Notes: generated from the letters alone by a model not told the origin. A DNA stretch of 64,000 nt from an uncultured Solirubrobacterales bacterium (GCA_963727465.1 CAVSGL010000005.1:90165-154164), one strand, 5' to 3'; shown: positions 27,652-38,101, counted from the stretch's first letter. A program made the numbers and translations.

Positions 27652-28781
27652 CGGTCCTTGCCTCCCTTCGAGCTGCACGATCCACTCGGAAAGGAGCGGA
27701 TCGACGAGCCGCCAGCGCTCGCCCACCTTGTGCAGATGGCCGGCGCGAGCAAGCGCGTCCCGCGCATGCTGTGCGCCACCCTTGGACAGATTGAAACGCT
27801 CCAGCGTCCTCTCCCCGAAGAGTGGCCCCAGGTCCAGTGCGAGCGCCGCCATGACGGCCTGCTCCTTTTTCTCCAGAGAGCCCCAGGTTGCCTGCAATGC
27901 CTCCGCGTGGTCCGAAAAGACCGCCGCCACGGCCTGCTGCCAGCGCTCCGGCGTCGCTACGTCCGTTTGCGGGGGTCTGCTCCCATAGCGCATGAGCGAG
28001 CAGCATCGCCCGCTGAGGGTGGCCATCGGCAAAGTCGAGCAGGGCGTTCATGACTGGCATCGCGTCTCGTTCGGCAGCTTCAAAGCGCTCGCCGATGTAT
28101 TCGACCAGAGTCCGAGTCCTCCAGCGGACCCAGCCTGATCGCACGAGCCTGCCCGAAGAACGGGCGCTCGTAGGCGCCAAAGAGGTGCTCCATCAGGCCC
28201 GGGTGCGAACCGGCGAAAACGTAACTGGCCGCGTCGCCATGGTGCTGAATCCGGCTGCGGAAGAGTCCGTCGATTCCCTCGCCGACCGCCAGGAGCTCCT
28301 GAAACTCGTCGAAGGCGACGAGCGTCCTCGCGCCGGTTCTCTCGAACAGCTCCAGAGGCAAGTCCAGAAGCTCCATGAGAACCCGGGAATCGGCTACCGG
28401 CGCACCCGCCAACGGGCCGGCCTCGACCCTGACCGGACCGGCGCCGACGCTCACCCTTGGGCGCAGGGCCCGCATCGCCGCGTCGGCAGCACGCCGCGCT
28501 GGGGTTCGCAAGCTCCGGTAGCCCTTTTCGAGACGGGCGGCCACGTCGGTCAGCGACAACAGCCCGTAGAAGTCGACCTCGACATAGTTGAGCCCAGCCC
28601 GCTCCGCCTCGCGACCGACCCGACGCAAGAGGCTGGTCTTGCCGTAGCGCCGTGGCGCGGAGAGTCGCGTGGCGTGGCCTCCCTCGGCAAGGGCGACGAG
28701 CGTCTCCGCCTCTGCGTCGCGGTCGATCAACTCACCCGGATCGAGGGGGCGACTGAAGACGAAGGGATTGATCTCAGCCAT
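27652..28781 (-). pseudogene. Arch_ATPase/DUF234-type AAA ATPase, split over three frames and lacking its own stop (runs in frame into thrB)
   Basis: Frame a: NPFVFSRPL...APRRYGKTSLL, LVAFDEFQ. Frame b: LVEYIGERFEAAERD...FADGHPQRAMLLAHALWEQTP. Frame c: TPERWQQAV...GERWRLVDPLLSEWI. AT-richer than its flanks by eye. Confidence 0.6.
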
Positions 28782-28828
28782 CGCCAGGTATCGGTTACAC
28801 CGATACCAGAAAGTATGGTGCTACCGAA

Positions 28829-29851
28829 CTAATCGAACACCGCCCGCTCGACCGCGCTGAGGTCGTTCTCGCAGGCGATCACCTGAGGGGCCTTGGAGAG
28901 CGCCGTGTCGGGGTCCTTGAGGCCGTGGCCGGTGAGCACGCAGACGACCGTCTCCGGCGGCGCCGAGCCCTCGGCGACGGGCAGCCCGTGGGCGAGCAGG
29001 CCGGCCACCGAGGCCGCCGAGGCCGGCTCGCAGAAGACGCCCTCGCTGGCCGCCAGCCAGCGGTAGGCGTCGAGGATCTGCTCGTCGGAGACGGCGGCGA
29101 CGCGGCCGCGCGAGGCGGTGAAGGCGGCCATCGCCTCCTCCCAGCGGGCCGGGTTGCCGATGCGGATCGCCGAGGCGACGGTCTCCGGCGCCGCGACCGG
29201 TTCGCCGTGGACCAGCGGCGCCGCGCCCTCGGCCTGGAAGCCGTAGACGATCGGCGCCGTGCCGAGCTCGGCGAAGCCCTGCCAGTAGGCGGTCACGTTG
29301 CCCGCGTTGCCGACCGGGATCGCCAGCGCCCCCGGCGCCTCACCGAGCTCCTCGACGACCTCGAACGCCGCGGTCTTCTGCCCCTCGATGCGGAACGGGT
29401 TGACCGAGTTGACCAGCTCGATCGGGTGCTTTTCGGCCAGCTCGCGCACGATCTGAAGCGCCTCGTCGAAGTTGCCCCGCAGGGCGATCACGCGGGCGCC
29501 GTGCATCAGCGCCTGCGCCAGCTTGCCGATCGCGATCTTGCCCTCGGGCACGATCACCGCGCCGCGCATCCCGGCGCGCGCCGCGTAGGCCGCGGCGCTG
29601 GCGGCCGTGTTGCCGGTCGAGGCGCAGATCACCGCCTCCGCCCCCCTTCCCTTGGCCCGCGAGACCGCCACCGTCATCCCGCGGTCCTTGAACGACCCCG
29701 TCGGGTTCGCGCCCTCGAACTTGAGGTAGGCGCGCGCGCCGATCCGCTCGGAGAGCCGCGGCGCCTCGATCAGCGGCGTCGACCCCTCGTTGAGGGAGAC
29801 GACGGGGTCACCCTGCTCGAGCGGCAGCCGGTCGCGGAACCGCTCGATCAG
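28829..29851 (-). CDS. thrC: threonine synthase (start uncertain: CTG 29851, or ATG 29858 with a 1-nt frame problem)
   Basis: [23 protein letters not shown]-lysine motif; [17 protein letters not shown]. The conserved N-terminus [10 protein letters not shown]...[10 protein letters not shown] lies upstream of the track start at 29677, in the same frame. Confidence 0.85.
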   Translation of the reverse strand: MIERFRDRLPLEQGDPVVSLNEGSTPLIEAPRLSERIGARAYLKFEGANPTGSFKDRGMTVAVSRAKGRGAEAVICASTGNTAASAAAYAARAGMRGAVIVPEGKIAIGKLAQALMHGARVIALRGNFDEALQIVRELAEKHPIELVNSVNPFRIEGQKTAAFEVVEELGEAPGALAIPVGNAGNVTAYWQGFAELGTAPIVYGFQAEGAAPLVHGEPVAAPETVASAIRIGNPARWEEAMAAFTASRGRVAAVSDEQILDAYRWLAASEGVFCEPASAASVAGLLAHGLPVAEGSAPPETVVCVLTGHGLKDPDTALSKAPQVIACENDLSAVERAVFD

Positions 29852-31091
29852 CGGGCATCGCCTCGAAACGAATGTCGTCCTCCTCGATCACGCGGATGAA
29901 GCGCGGCGCCGAACGGATGTCCCCCAGGCGCCCGATCTCCTCGACCGCCGTCGCGAAGCGCGACTCGAGGCACTCGTGGACGACCATCACCAGGCGCGCG
30001 TCGCCGCCGCTGCCGCGCTGGACGACGCTCTTGACCGAGATCTCGTTCTCGCCGAGCACGCGGGCGATCTGGGCGAGCACGCCGGGCTCGTCGGCGACCT
30101 CCAGGTGCAGGTAGAAGGACGAGGTGACGTCGGCGACCACGGGCAGCTCGACCCGCGCCTCGTGCACCGGCGCGTCGCCGGAGAGAATCGAGACGACGTC
30201 GCCAAGCACCGCCGAGGCGGTCTCGACGCCGCCGGCGCCCGGCCCCGACATCGTCACCTCGGTGATCGCCGGCGCCTCGACCATGACCGCGTTGAACGGG
30301 CCGCCCACCGGCGCCAGCGGGTGGCCGCCATAGAGGAAGCAGGGGAAGACGCGGACGCTGATCCCGCCGTCGCGCCGCTCGGCGACCCCGAGCAGCTTCA
30401 GCGAGAGGTCGAGCTCCTTCGCGTAGGCGAGGTCGTCGGGCTGGATCGCCTCGATCCCCTCGAACTCGACCTGGTCGAGCGTGACCGCCGTGTGGAAGGC
30501 GAGCCGGGCGAGGATCGCCATCTTCGCCGCGGCGTCGGCGCCGTTGACGTCGTCGCTCGGGTCGGCCTCGGCGTAGCCCAGCTCCTGCGCCCGCGCCAGC
30601 ACCTGCTCGTAGGGGGCGCCGCTCGCCGCCATCTCGCTGAGGATGAAGTTGGTGGTGCCGTTGACGATGCCGAAGACCTTGTCGATCTCGGTCACGCCGA
30701 AGCTCTCCTGGATCGTGCGCACGATCGGGATCACACCGGCGACCGCCGCCTCGAAGCGCAGCTGCACGCCGGCCTCGCGGGCGACGCCGAAGAGCTCCTC
30801 GCCGTGCTGGGCGAGCAGCTGCTTGTTGGCGGTGACGACCGGCCGGCCGGCCCGCAGGGCGTCGAGCACGTAGGTGCGCGCCGGATCGGTGCCGCCGATC
30901 AGCTCGACCACCAGGTCGGAGCGCTCGAGGATCGCGCTGAAGTCCCCCTCGCTGCGGGTCAGCGTGCCGGCGAGCTCCGGCCGCCGCCCGGTCGCCGCCT
31001 CGACCGCGTCGGCGCGCTCGCCGAGCAGCGCCGCGAAGGCGCCGCCGACGGTGCCGCGCCCCAGCAGCCCGATTCGGACCGGATCAGACAT
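29808..31091 (-). CDS. hom: homoserine dehydrogenase
   Basis: N-terminal Rossmann [12 protein letters not shown], a catalytic domain and a C-terminal ACT domain. The 3' end overlaps the thrC N-terminal region. Confidence 0.9.
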   Translation of the reverse strand: MSDPVRIGLLGRGTVGGAFAALLGERADAVEAATGRRPELAGTLTRSEGDFSAILERSDLVVELIGGTDPARTYVLDALRAGRPVVTANKQLLAQHGEELFGVAREAGVQLRFEAAVAGVIPIVRTIQESFGVTEIDKVFGIVNGTTNFILSEMAASGAPYEQVLARAQELGYAEADPSDDVNGADAAAKMAILARLAFHTAVTLDQVEFEGIEAIQPDDLAYAKELDLSLKLLGVAERRDGGISVRVFPCFLYGGHPLAPVGGPFNAVMVEAPAITEVTMSGPGAGGVETASAVLGDVVSILSGDAPVHEARVELPVVADVTSSFYLHLEVADEPGVLAQIARVLGENEISVKSVVQRGSGGDARLVMVVHECLESRFATAVEEIGRLGDIRSAPRFIRVIEEDDIRFEAMPADRAVPRPAAARAG

Positions 31092-32385
31092 CGCGCGAGG
31101 TGAGGTCCTCGTAGGACTCGCGCCGCACGACGACCCGCGCCTCGCCGTCGCGGCAGAAGATCACCGGCGGCCGGGCGACGCCGTTGTAGTTGCTCGCCAT
31201 CGCGTGCCCGTAGGCGCCGGTCGCCGGGGTGACGAGGACGTCGCCGACCGCGGGCGCGGCGAGGGTCGCGTCGCGCACGATCACGTCGCCGGACTCGCAG
31301 TGCATGCCGGCGATCGTCGCCACGGTGTCCGCCGGCGCGCCGGCGCGGTCGGCGATCAGCGCCTCGTAGCGGGAGCCGTAGAGCATCGGCCGCAGGTTGT
31401 CCGACATGCCGCCGTCGACGGCGGCGTAGGTGCGCACGCCGGGGATCTCCTTGACCGTGCCGACCCGGTAGGCGGTGAGGCCGGCGTTGCCGACCAGCGA
31501 GCGCCCGGGCTCGACCAGGATGCGGACGCCGTCGCCGAAGACCTCCCTGACCCCGCGCACCTTGACCTCGACGTAGGCGTCGATCGAGGGCGGCTCGTCC
31601 GCGGCCGTGTAGGCGATCCCGAGGCCGCCGCCGACGTTGACCAGGCGGCACCAGTCCCCGGCCAGCGCGGCGATCGCCCGGATCGCCAGCGTGTAGGGCT
31701 CGAGCTCGAAGATCTGCGAGCCGATGTGGGCGTGCAGGCCGACGAGGTTGAGCGCGTCGGAGGCGAGCACGCGCTCGATCGCCCGCGCCGCGAGGCCGTC
31801 CTCGAGGCCGAAGCCGAACTTCGAGTCGAGCTGGCCGGTGGTGATGTAGTCGTGCGTCGAGGGCTTGATCCCCGGGGTGACGCGGATCAGCACGTCCTGC
31901 CGTCGCTCGAGCAGGCGCTCGCAGCGCTCGATCTCGTCGAAGGAGTCGAGGATCAGATGGCCGACGCCGGCGCGCGCGGCGAAGAGGATCTCCTCGTCGC
32001 TCTTGTTGTTGCCGTGCATGTGGATGCGGGCGGGGTCGAAGCCGGCGCGCAGCGCCATGTGCAGCTCGCCGCCCGAGGCGACGTCGACCGAGAGCCCCTC
32101 CTCGGCGAAGAGCCGGTAGGCGGCCGTGCAGGGGAACGCCTTGCTGGCAAAGAGCACTTCGAAGTCGTCGCAGCGGCGCTCGAAGGCCTCGCGGTAGGCG
32201 CGGGCGCGGGCGCGCATCTCCCCCTCGGCGTAGACGTAGGCCGGCGTGCCGTGCTCGGCGGCGAGCTCGACCAGGTCGCAGCCGGCGATCTCGAGGTGGC
32301 CGCGCTCGTTCACGCGGCTGCCGACCGGGTAGACCGGCGAGCCCGCGATCGGGTCGACCACCGCTGCCTCTCCGCGCTCAGACAT
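31084..32385 (-). CDS. lysA: diaminopimelate decarboxylase
   Basis: PLP-dependent Orn/DAP/Arg decarboxylase blocks (FASKAF, GGGLGI, CESGD). Sits upstream of hom, as in the actinobacterial lysA-hom-thrC-thrB arrangement. Confidence 0.9.
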   Translation of the reverse strand: MSERGEAAVVDPIAGSPVYPVGSRVNERGHLEIAGCDLVELAAEHGTPAYVYAEGEMRARARAYREAFERRCDDFEVLFASKAFPCTAAYRLFAEEGLSVDVASGGELHMALRAGFDPARIHMHGNNKSDEEILFAARAGVGHLILDSFDEIERCERLLERRQDVLIRVTPGIKPSTHDYITTGQLDSKFGFGLEDGLAARAIERVLASDALNLVGLHAHIGSQIFELEPYTLAIRAIAALAGDWCRLVNVGGGLGIAYTAADEPPSIDAYVEVKVRGVREVFGDGVRILVEPGRSLVGNAGLTAYRVGTVKEIPGVRTYAAVDGGMSDNLRPMLYGSRYEALIADRAGAPADTVATIAGMHCESGDVIVRDATLAAPAVGDVLVTPATGAYGHAMASNYNGVARPPVIFCRDGEARVVVRRESYEDLTSRDV

Positions 32386-32438
32386 GGGACGGCATTGTGA
32401 CGGGAAGGACCCGGCCGCGGTGGGCGGTCGCCGTCAGC

Positions 32439-33170
32439 TCAGCGACCGAGCAGGCCGCCGACCGTTTCGCCGGCCTTTTCGGCGGTTTTGTCGACCGTTT
32501 GCCCGACCGGCGATTCCGGGCCGGCGACGCCTTCGACGACTTCTTCGGTGGTTTTCGTGACGCCCGTTTCGCCCAGCGTCCCGCCCGTCGCTTCGTCGAC
32601 TCCCCGGACCGTTTCGTTGACGGTCCCGGTCACGGCTCCCGACGGAGACGGGGCGCTGTTGCCGGTGCTTTCGCCGCCGCCCGAGCTGGAGGGCTTGGTG
32701 GCGCCCCCCGATCCTCCGGAGCCGCTCGAGCCTCCGCCGCCGGAGGCCGAACCGCTGGAGGCGTTGGGCGCGCTCGAGCCGCTGTTGCCGCCGCCGCTGG
32801 TGGGCGAGCTCCCCGGGGCGGTCCCGCTCGGGCCGTTGCCGGCGGGCGATCCGCTGCCCGGCGAGACCGAGCCTGCCCCGCCGCCTGCGGCCTGGCCGCC
32901 TTTCGCGCCGGCGCCGGCGCCGGTCGCTACCGCCGCTCCCGCACCGGGTCCGGTCGCCGGCCCGCTCGCGGCGGCTGCCTGAGCGCCCGAGCCCGCGGGA
33001 CGAGCGGGCGAGACGGCCGCGCCCCCCGAATCGCCGCCGCCGAGATCGGCCAGCGGCCAGTCGCGCAGAGCCTGCAACGAGACGAGCAGGACGAAGGCGA
33101 CGACGGCCGCTCCGATCAGCGCCGTGCCGGACACCGCTCCTGCCAGGTATTTACGGGCTTGGCGGACCAC
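32439..33170 (-). CDS. membrane-anchored Gly/Ser/Ala-rich low-complexity protein
   Basis: One N-terminal TM helix followed by long G/S/A/P tracts. Confidence 0.55.
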   Translation of the reverse strand: MVRQARKYLAGAVSGTALIGAAVVAFVLLVSLQALRDWPLADLGGGDSGGAAVSPARPAGSGAQAAAASGPATGPGAGAAVATGAGAGAKGGQAAGGGAGSVSPGSGSPAGNGPSGTAPGSSPTSGGGNSGSSAPNASSGSASGGGGSSGSGGSGGATKPSSSGGGESTGNSAPSPSGAVTGTVNETVRGVDEATGGTLGETGVTKTTEEVVEGVAGPESPVGQTVDKTAEKAGETVGGLLGR

Positions 33171-33260
33171 CTCTCGCTCCGTCTTGCGTGCTACCCAAGA
33201 CTCTCAAGAGCGAACCGGAATCGCATACCCACTAATCGTATTTTCGAGCGGTCCCCTCGG

Positions 33261-34433
33261 TTACAGATAGCCCAGGGGGTCGGTCGGCGCGCCGTTGATC
33301 CGCACCTCGAAGTGCAGGTGGTCGCCGAAGCAGTGCCCGGTGCAGCCGACGTAGCCGATCACGTCGCCCTGCGAGACGCTCTGCCCGGCGCTGACCGCGA
33401 ACGAGGACTGGTGGGCGTAGCAGGTCTGTAGGCCGCCGCCGTGGTCGAGGCAGGTGAAGTTGCCGTAGCCGCCGCTTTCGGCTTCGCCCTGCTGGAGGAC
33501 GACGCTGCCGGACGCCGCGGCGCGGATCGGCGTCCCCGCCGGGACGGCGATGTCGATCCCCTCGTGCATACGGCCCCAGCGCATGCCGAAGCCGGAGACG
33601 ACCGGCCCGTCGACCGGCCAGATGAACTGGCCCGAGCCGTGGCGGATCGGCCCGGCCGGCAGCGGCGCCGAGGCGCTCGCCTGAAGGGTCGCCGCCAGCT
33701 CCGCCTGGATCGCCGCGACCGACCCCTCCAGGTCGCTCTCGGCGCTGTTCACCTCTTCCAGCGCCGCCTCACGATCGCGCCGCGTCTGCACCAGGCGGGT
33801 CTGGCGGCGCTGAAGCGCCGAACGGGCGTCGGCCAGCGCCTGCTCTTCGGCGGCGATCGCGTCGCGGGCGGCTTCGATCCGGTCCTTGGCCGAGCGCAGG
33901 CGGGCGACCGTGGTCTTGACCTGGTCGCGCAGGTCGCGCACGCGGGTGACGACGGCTTCGTCGAGGCCGTTGATGCGGCTCAGGTACTCGCTGCGGTTGA
34001 CCAGCTCTTCGTAGCCGCCGGCTTCGACCAGCACGCTGAGGATGTCCGGCGTGCCCGCCTCGTAGATCGCGACCAGGTGCTCGCGCAGCGACACCAGCGC
34101 CCGCTTGAGCCGGGCGCGGACGACCGCGAGGTGCTTCTTCGCGGTGTCGAGCTCGGCGACCGCGCGGTCCAGCTCCGCCTGCTTGGCCTCGAGCCGGGTG
34201 CGGACTTCGGCCTCCTGCGTGCGCAGCGCCGCCACCTCGCCGGTCAGCCGTTCGATCTTCGCCTTGTAGTGCGAGATCGTCGTCGTCAGCACGCCCTTGC
34301 GCTGGCGAACCTTCGACAGCTTGGCTTCCTTGGCGTCGAGCTTCGTTTCGAGATCCTTGGCCGGCGCCGCGAGCGGCCCGACCAGCATCAAAAAAGCCGC
34401 AGCAACAGCCGCGGCCGAGAACGTCTTCAGCAT
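33261..34433 (-). CDS. M23 family metallopeptidase with N-terminal coiled coil (EnvC-like architecture)
   Basis: HEGIDIAVPAGTPI and GDHLHFEV motifs. Signal/TM at MLKTFSAAAVAAAFLML. The track ORF to 35327 is over-extended. Confidence 0.85.
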   Translation of the reverse strand: MLKTFSAAAVAAAFLMLVGPLAAPAKDLETKLDAKEAKLSKVRQRKGVLTTTISHYKAKIERLTGEVAALRTQEAEVRTRLEAKQAELDRAVAELDTAKKHLAVVRARLKRALVSLREHLVAIYEAGTPDILSVLVEAGGYEELVNRSEYLSRINGLDEAVVTRVRDLRDQVKTTVARLRSAKDRIEAARDAIAAEEQALADARSALQRRQTRLVQTRRDREAALEEVNSAESDLEGSVAAIQAELAATLQASASAPLPAGPIRHGSGQFIWPVDGPVVSGFGMRWGRMHEGIDIAVPAGTPIRAAASGSVVLQQGEAESGGYGNFTCLDHGGGLQTCYAHQSSFAVSAGQSVSQGDVIGYVGCTGHCFGDHLHFEVRINGAPTDPLGYL

Positions 34434-34492
34434 CGCGGAAAGGCTAGCGAAGCGGAAACCCCGCTCCGGGCGTCTCCTATCGCTGCAAATCG

Positions 34493-35770
34493 CTATGCAG
34501 CGACCGGCTCTTTGGCCGCCTGCGCGGCCCGCTTGTCGGCCTCCGCGACCACGTCTGCCGCGTAGCCGAGCCGCTCGGCGTATTCGGCGGCCTGCATCCG
34601 TGAGATCACCATCCGCTGGATCTCCGCCGTGCCCTCGAAGAGCTGGTAGATCTTGGCGTCGCGGAAGAACTTCTCCAGCGGGCAATCGGTGCTCCAGGCG
34701 TCGGGGCCGACGAGGTCCATCAGCACGGTCGTCGCCCACATCGTCACGTCGCCGGCCTTGAGCTTCGACATCGAGCCCTGGCCGCCGCGCATCGGGATGC
34801 CGTTGCGGCCCATCCAGGCGGCGCGCTGGACGAGCAGGCGGGCGGCTTCGATCTCGGTCGCGACGTCGGCCAGCGTCTGCTGGATGCGCTGGGTCTGGAG
34901 CAGCGGCGTGCCCGCCTCGGAGCGGCCGTCGAGGTACTCGAGCGTCCACTCGTAGGCGGCCTGGGCGATCCCGAGGGCGGAGGCGCCGACGATCGGGCGC
35001 GTGATCTCGAAGGTCGCGAGGGCGTCGGCGCCGCGCGACTTCTTGCCTTCGCGGCCGCGCTGGAGCTTCTTCTCCAGCTTCTCCTCGCCGCCGAGCAGGT
35101 TCTCGGCCGGGATGCGGCATTCGTCGAGGATCACCTCGGCGGTGTGCGAGGCGCGGATCCCGAGCTTCGACTCCTTCTTGCCCTGGCTCAGCCCGGGCGT
35201 GCCCTTGGCGACGACGAAGGAGGCCTGGCCGCGCGTGCCCAGGGTCGGGTCGACGGTGGCGACGACGACGTGCACGTCGGCGATGCCGCCGTTGGTGATG
35301 AAGACCTTGGTGCCGTCGAGCACCCACTCGTCGCCGTCGCGCTTGGCCGTCGTCTTCAGGCTCTTGACGTCGGAGCCGGCCTGCGGCTCGGTGACGGCGT
35401 AGGCGCCGAGCTTGATCTCATCGCCGCTGCCGAAGCACTCGGGCACCCACTGGGCGATCTGCTCGGGCGTGGCGGAAGAGGCGATGCCGGCTGCGGCGAG
35501 GCCGGAGCCGTTGATCGCCAGGGCGGTGCCGGCGCAGCCCCAGTGGAACTCTTCGGCAGAGATCACCTGTAGCTGGCCCTCGGGGTCGGAGGCGTTGCGC
35601 TGGATCGACTCGAGCGTGCCGAAGCCCTGGTTGCGCGCCTCCTTGATCACCTCCCACGGGGTGCTCTCCTCTTCGTCGTGCCTGCGGGCGGCGGGACGGA
35701 TCACCTCGCGGGCGAAGGTCCGGCAACGGTCCTTGAACTCCTGCTGCTCGTCGTTCAGTGCGAAATCCAT
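34493..35770 (-). CDS. acyl-CoA dehydrogenase
   Basis: About 425 aa with the typical ACAD N-terminal, middle and C-terminal blocks (YAVTEPQAGSD; QLFEGTAEIQR). Confidence 0.9.
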   Translation of the reverse strand: MDFALNDEQQEFKDRCRTFAREVIRPAARRHDEEESTPWEVIKEARNQGFGTLESIQRNASDPEGQLQVISAEEFHWGCAGTALAINGSGLAAAGIASSATPEQIAQWVPECFGSGDEIKLGAYAVTEPQAGSDVKSLKTTAKRDGDEWVLDGTKVFITNGGIADVHVVVATVDPTLGTRGQASFVVAKGTPGLSQGKKESKLGIRASHTAEVILDECRIPAENLLGGEEKLEKKLQRGREGKKSRGADALATFEITRPIVGASALGIAQAAYEWTLEYLDGRSEAGTPLLQTQRIQQTLADVATEIEAARLLVQRAAWMGRNGIPMRGGQGSMSKLKAGDVTMWATTVLMDLVGPDAWSTDCPLEKFFRDAKIYQLFEGTAEIQRMVISRMQAAEYAERLGYAADVVAEADKRAAQAAKEPVAA

Positions 35771-35804
35771 CCGTCCCCCTAAATCGAAGCGCCGTCAAGT
35801 GATT

Positions 35805-35842
35805 GATTGACTGGTCAGTCAATAGCTTAGCTGACTGACCAG
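35805..35842. promoter_or_regulatory. operator-like palindromes in a divergent promoter (shared with 46844-46861)
   Basis: GATTGACTGGTCAGTCA (35805-21; 7-2-7 palindrome TTGACTG-GT-CAGTCAA) plus an inverted copy of CTGGTCAGTCAG at 35831-42. Confidence 0.5.
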
Positions 35843-35872
35843 CCAGGTCCGCGCGTGTAGCGTTGCGCCGTC

Positions 35873-37188
35873 ATGACGAGGCCGATCAACGCCGATGTAC
35901 CGCCAAGTGGGCGGATGCCGACCCCCGAGGCGGAGGAGCCGGCGCCGGTCGAGCCGGCGCCGAGGCCGCCGAAGCGGCGCCAGCCGATCCCGGGAGCGCT
36001 GAAGGCGATCGCCGGGCTGGTCGTGCTGGCGATCGTCTTCATCGTCGCCGCGATCCTCGGCGGCGGGGCGGCGAACAGAGCGTCGAAGCACCGGCGCCGG
36101 TCAGCGAGACGCCCAGCACCCCTGCCGAAGCGCCCGCCGCCGCAACGCCGGAAGCAGCTCGGCTACCCGGCTTTCGCCACCGCGAACACGACGCGGGTCG
36201 GCGGCAACGACCCGGCGTCGAACGCGGCCGGGGTCGCCCTCGCCGTCTATCCGTCGAGCAAGCCCTCGCAGCGACCGGCGGCGGTGACGCTGGCCGACGC
36301 CGACGACTGGCGCACGGCGATCGCCGCCGCGGTGCTGGCGGCGCCGCCGCTCGGCGCCCCGCTGCTGCTCTCCGAAGCCGACGGGATGCCCGACGCCAGC
36401 GGGGAAGCGCTCGCCGCGCTCGACCCGGCCGGCAGCCGCGACACCGGCGGCGCCCAGGCGTTCGCCACGGTGACGGCGGACGTTCCCGGTGGGCTGAAGA
36501 CGAGACGCGTGCGCGCCGGGGGCGTCGCCGGCGCGGCGGCGATCGCGGCCCTGCGCGAGAAGCTGGCCGGCAGGCCGCCGCGGCACATCGTCGTCGCCTC
36601 CACCGCCAACCCGGCCTTCGCGATGCCCGCTGCCGCCTGGGCGGCGCGCTCGGGCGATCCGGTCCTCTTCACCGGCCCGAACGACCTCGCGAAGCCGACG
36701 GCAAGGGCGCTGAAGGCGCACCCCCAGACCCCGGTGTACGTGCTCGGCCCCTCGTCCGCGATTTCTTCCAGCGTCGTGCGCGAAATCGCCGAGCTCGGGC
36801 CGCGGGTGCGCCGTGTCGCCGGCGAGGACCCGGTCGCCAACGCGGTCGAAATGGCGCGCTACGACGACGGCGGCTTCGGCTGGAACATCAACGATCCCGG
36901 TCACGGCTTCGTCGTCGCCCGATCCGAGGACCCACTCGACGCCGCGGCGGCCGCCGCGCTCTCGGCCTCCGGCAACTGGGGGCCGCTGCTGCTCACCGAC
37001 ACGCCGATACTCTTCCCGCGACGTTGCGCGGTTACCTGCTCGATGTCAAGCCCGGCTACACGAACGACCCGACGCGCGCCTTCTACAACCACGTCTGGGT
37101 GATCGGAGACCAGGAAGCGATCAGCGTGAACGAGCAGGCCGAAATAGACGAGCTGGCGGCCCTGGCCAAGATCGGCGGCGGCGAATGA
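35873..37188 (+). CDS. membrane-anchored protein with three cell-wall-binding-repeat-2-like modules; frame change near 36990-37010
   Basis: One TM helix, then repeats of the type ...DDWRTAIAAAVLAAPPLGAPLLLSE... . The C-terminus (LPATLRGYLLD...VWVIGDQEAIS) is in the 35863 frame. Confidence 0.65.
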
Positions 37189-37436
37189 GCGAAGCCGAGA
37201 ACCCGAACCTGCTGGGCGGCGCGCACGAGCTCACCGCCGAGGACGTCCGCGCCCTCTCCGGCGCCTCCACCCCGCATTTCGCGCTCCAGGTGCGCAACCG
37301 CATCCAGCGCCTGATCGAGCCGCTGGCGGCGGATCACCCCGCGCGCCTGGAAGGCGAACGCAGGATCGCGGCGCTCGAAGACCTCGCCGAGCACAGCGGC
37401 GACCCGCGCGGCACGATGGGCATCGGCCACCGATGA
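37185..37436 (+). CDS. hypothetical protein (83 aa)
   Basis: ATGA overlaps with both the upstream and downstream genes, suggesting translational coupling. Confidence 0.45.
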   Translation: MSEAENPNLLGGAHELTAEDVRALSGASTPHFALQVRNRIQRLIEPLAADHPARLEGERRIAALEDLAEHSGDPRGTMGIGHR

Positions 37437-38101
37437 AGCAGCTGGCGCCGGACGTCTGGCGGCTCAAGCAGTTCCCCGCCCCCAGCGTCAACGTCTACCT
37501 CGCCGGGGACATCCTGATCGACGCCGGCACCCGCTGGGACCGGCGCCGGATCTTCGCCGAGATCGAGGGCCGCGGGCTCTCCCTGGTGGCTTTGACCCAC
37601 GTCCATCCAGACCACCAGGGCGTCGCCAGGGACGTCTGCGAAGCGCGGGGCATCCCGCTCGCCTGCCACGCCGACGACGTCGACGCGATGGAGGGGCGGC
37701 GACCGGTGCAGGAGGCGGCGCCGCACAACATCTTCAACCGGCTGATCAAGCGCTTCTGGGAGGGACCGCCTCACGAGGTCGGCCGCGTCCTCAACGAGGG
37801 CGACGAGGTCGCCGGCTTCCGCGTCGTGCACGCGCCCGGCCACGCCCGCGGCGAGGTGGTCTACTTCCGCGAGTCCGACCGGGTCGCGATCTGCGGCGAC
37901 GTGATCCGCCACATGAGCTACGCGACGGGACGGCCGATGCTGGCGGAGCCGCCCGAGATCTTCACCTACGACCCGGCCGAGAACCGCCGTTCGATCCGCA
38001 GGCTGGCCGAGCTGAGCCCGGCGCTGATCCTGCCCGGCCACGGCCCGGCCGTTACCGACATCGCCGCCTTCGAGCGCTTCGTCGCCGCCCTTCCGGCGTA
38101 A
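37433..38101 (+). CDS. MBL-fold metallo-hydrolase
   Basis: THVHPDHQG motif plus downstream His/Asp ligand contexts. Confidence 0.85.
   Translation: MKQLAPDVWRLKQFPAPSVNVYLAGDILIDAGTRWDRRRIFAEIEGRGLSLVALTHVHPDHQGVARDVCEARGIPLACHADDVDAMEGRRPVQEAAPHNIFNRLIKRFWEGPPHEVGRVLNEGDEVAGFRVVHAPGHARGEVVYFRESDRVAICGDVIRHMSYATGRPMLAEPPEIFTYDPAENRRSIRRLAELSPALILPGHGPAVTDIAAFERFVAALPA

Noticed and set aside
33261-35327. 688-aa ORF extending the M23 peptidase upstream across the acyl-CoA dehydrogenase gene.
   Set aside because: The upstream 300 aa are Arg/Pro-rich nonsense antisense to, or out of frame with, the well-supported ACAD gene. The M23 protein has a proper signal-anchor start at ATG 34433.
35863-36200. 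A second compensated frameshift in the N-terminal linker of the CWB2 protein (alternative frame reads EQSVEAPAPVSETPSTPAEAPAAATPEAA).
   Set aside because: Both frames are open with similar codon bias, and the region is low-complexity. It cannot be decided from sequence alone.
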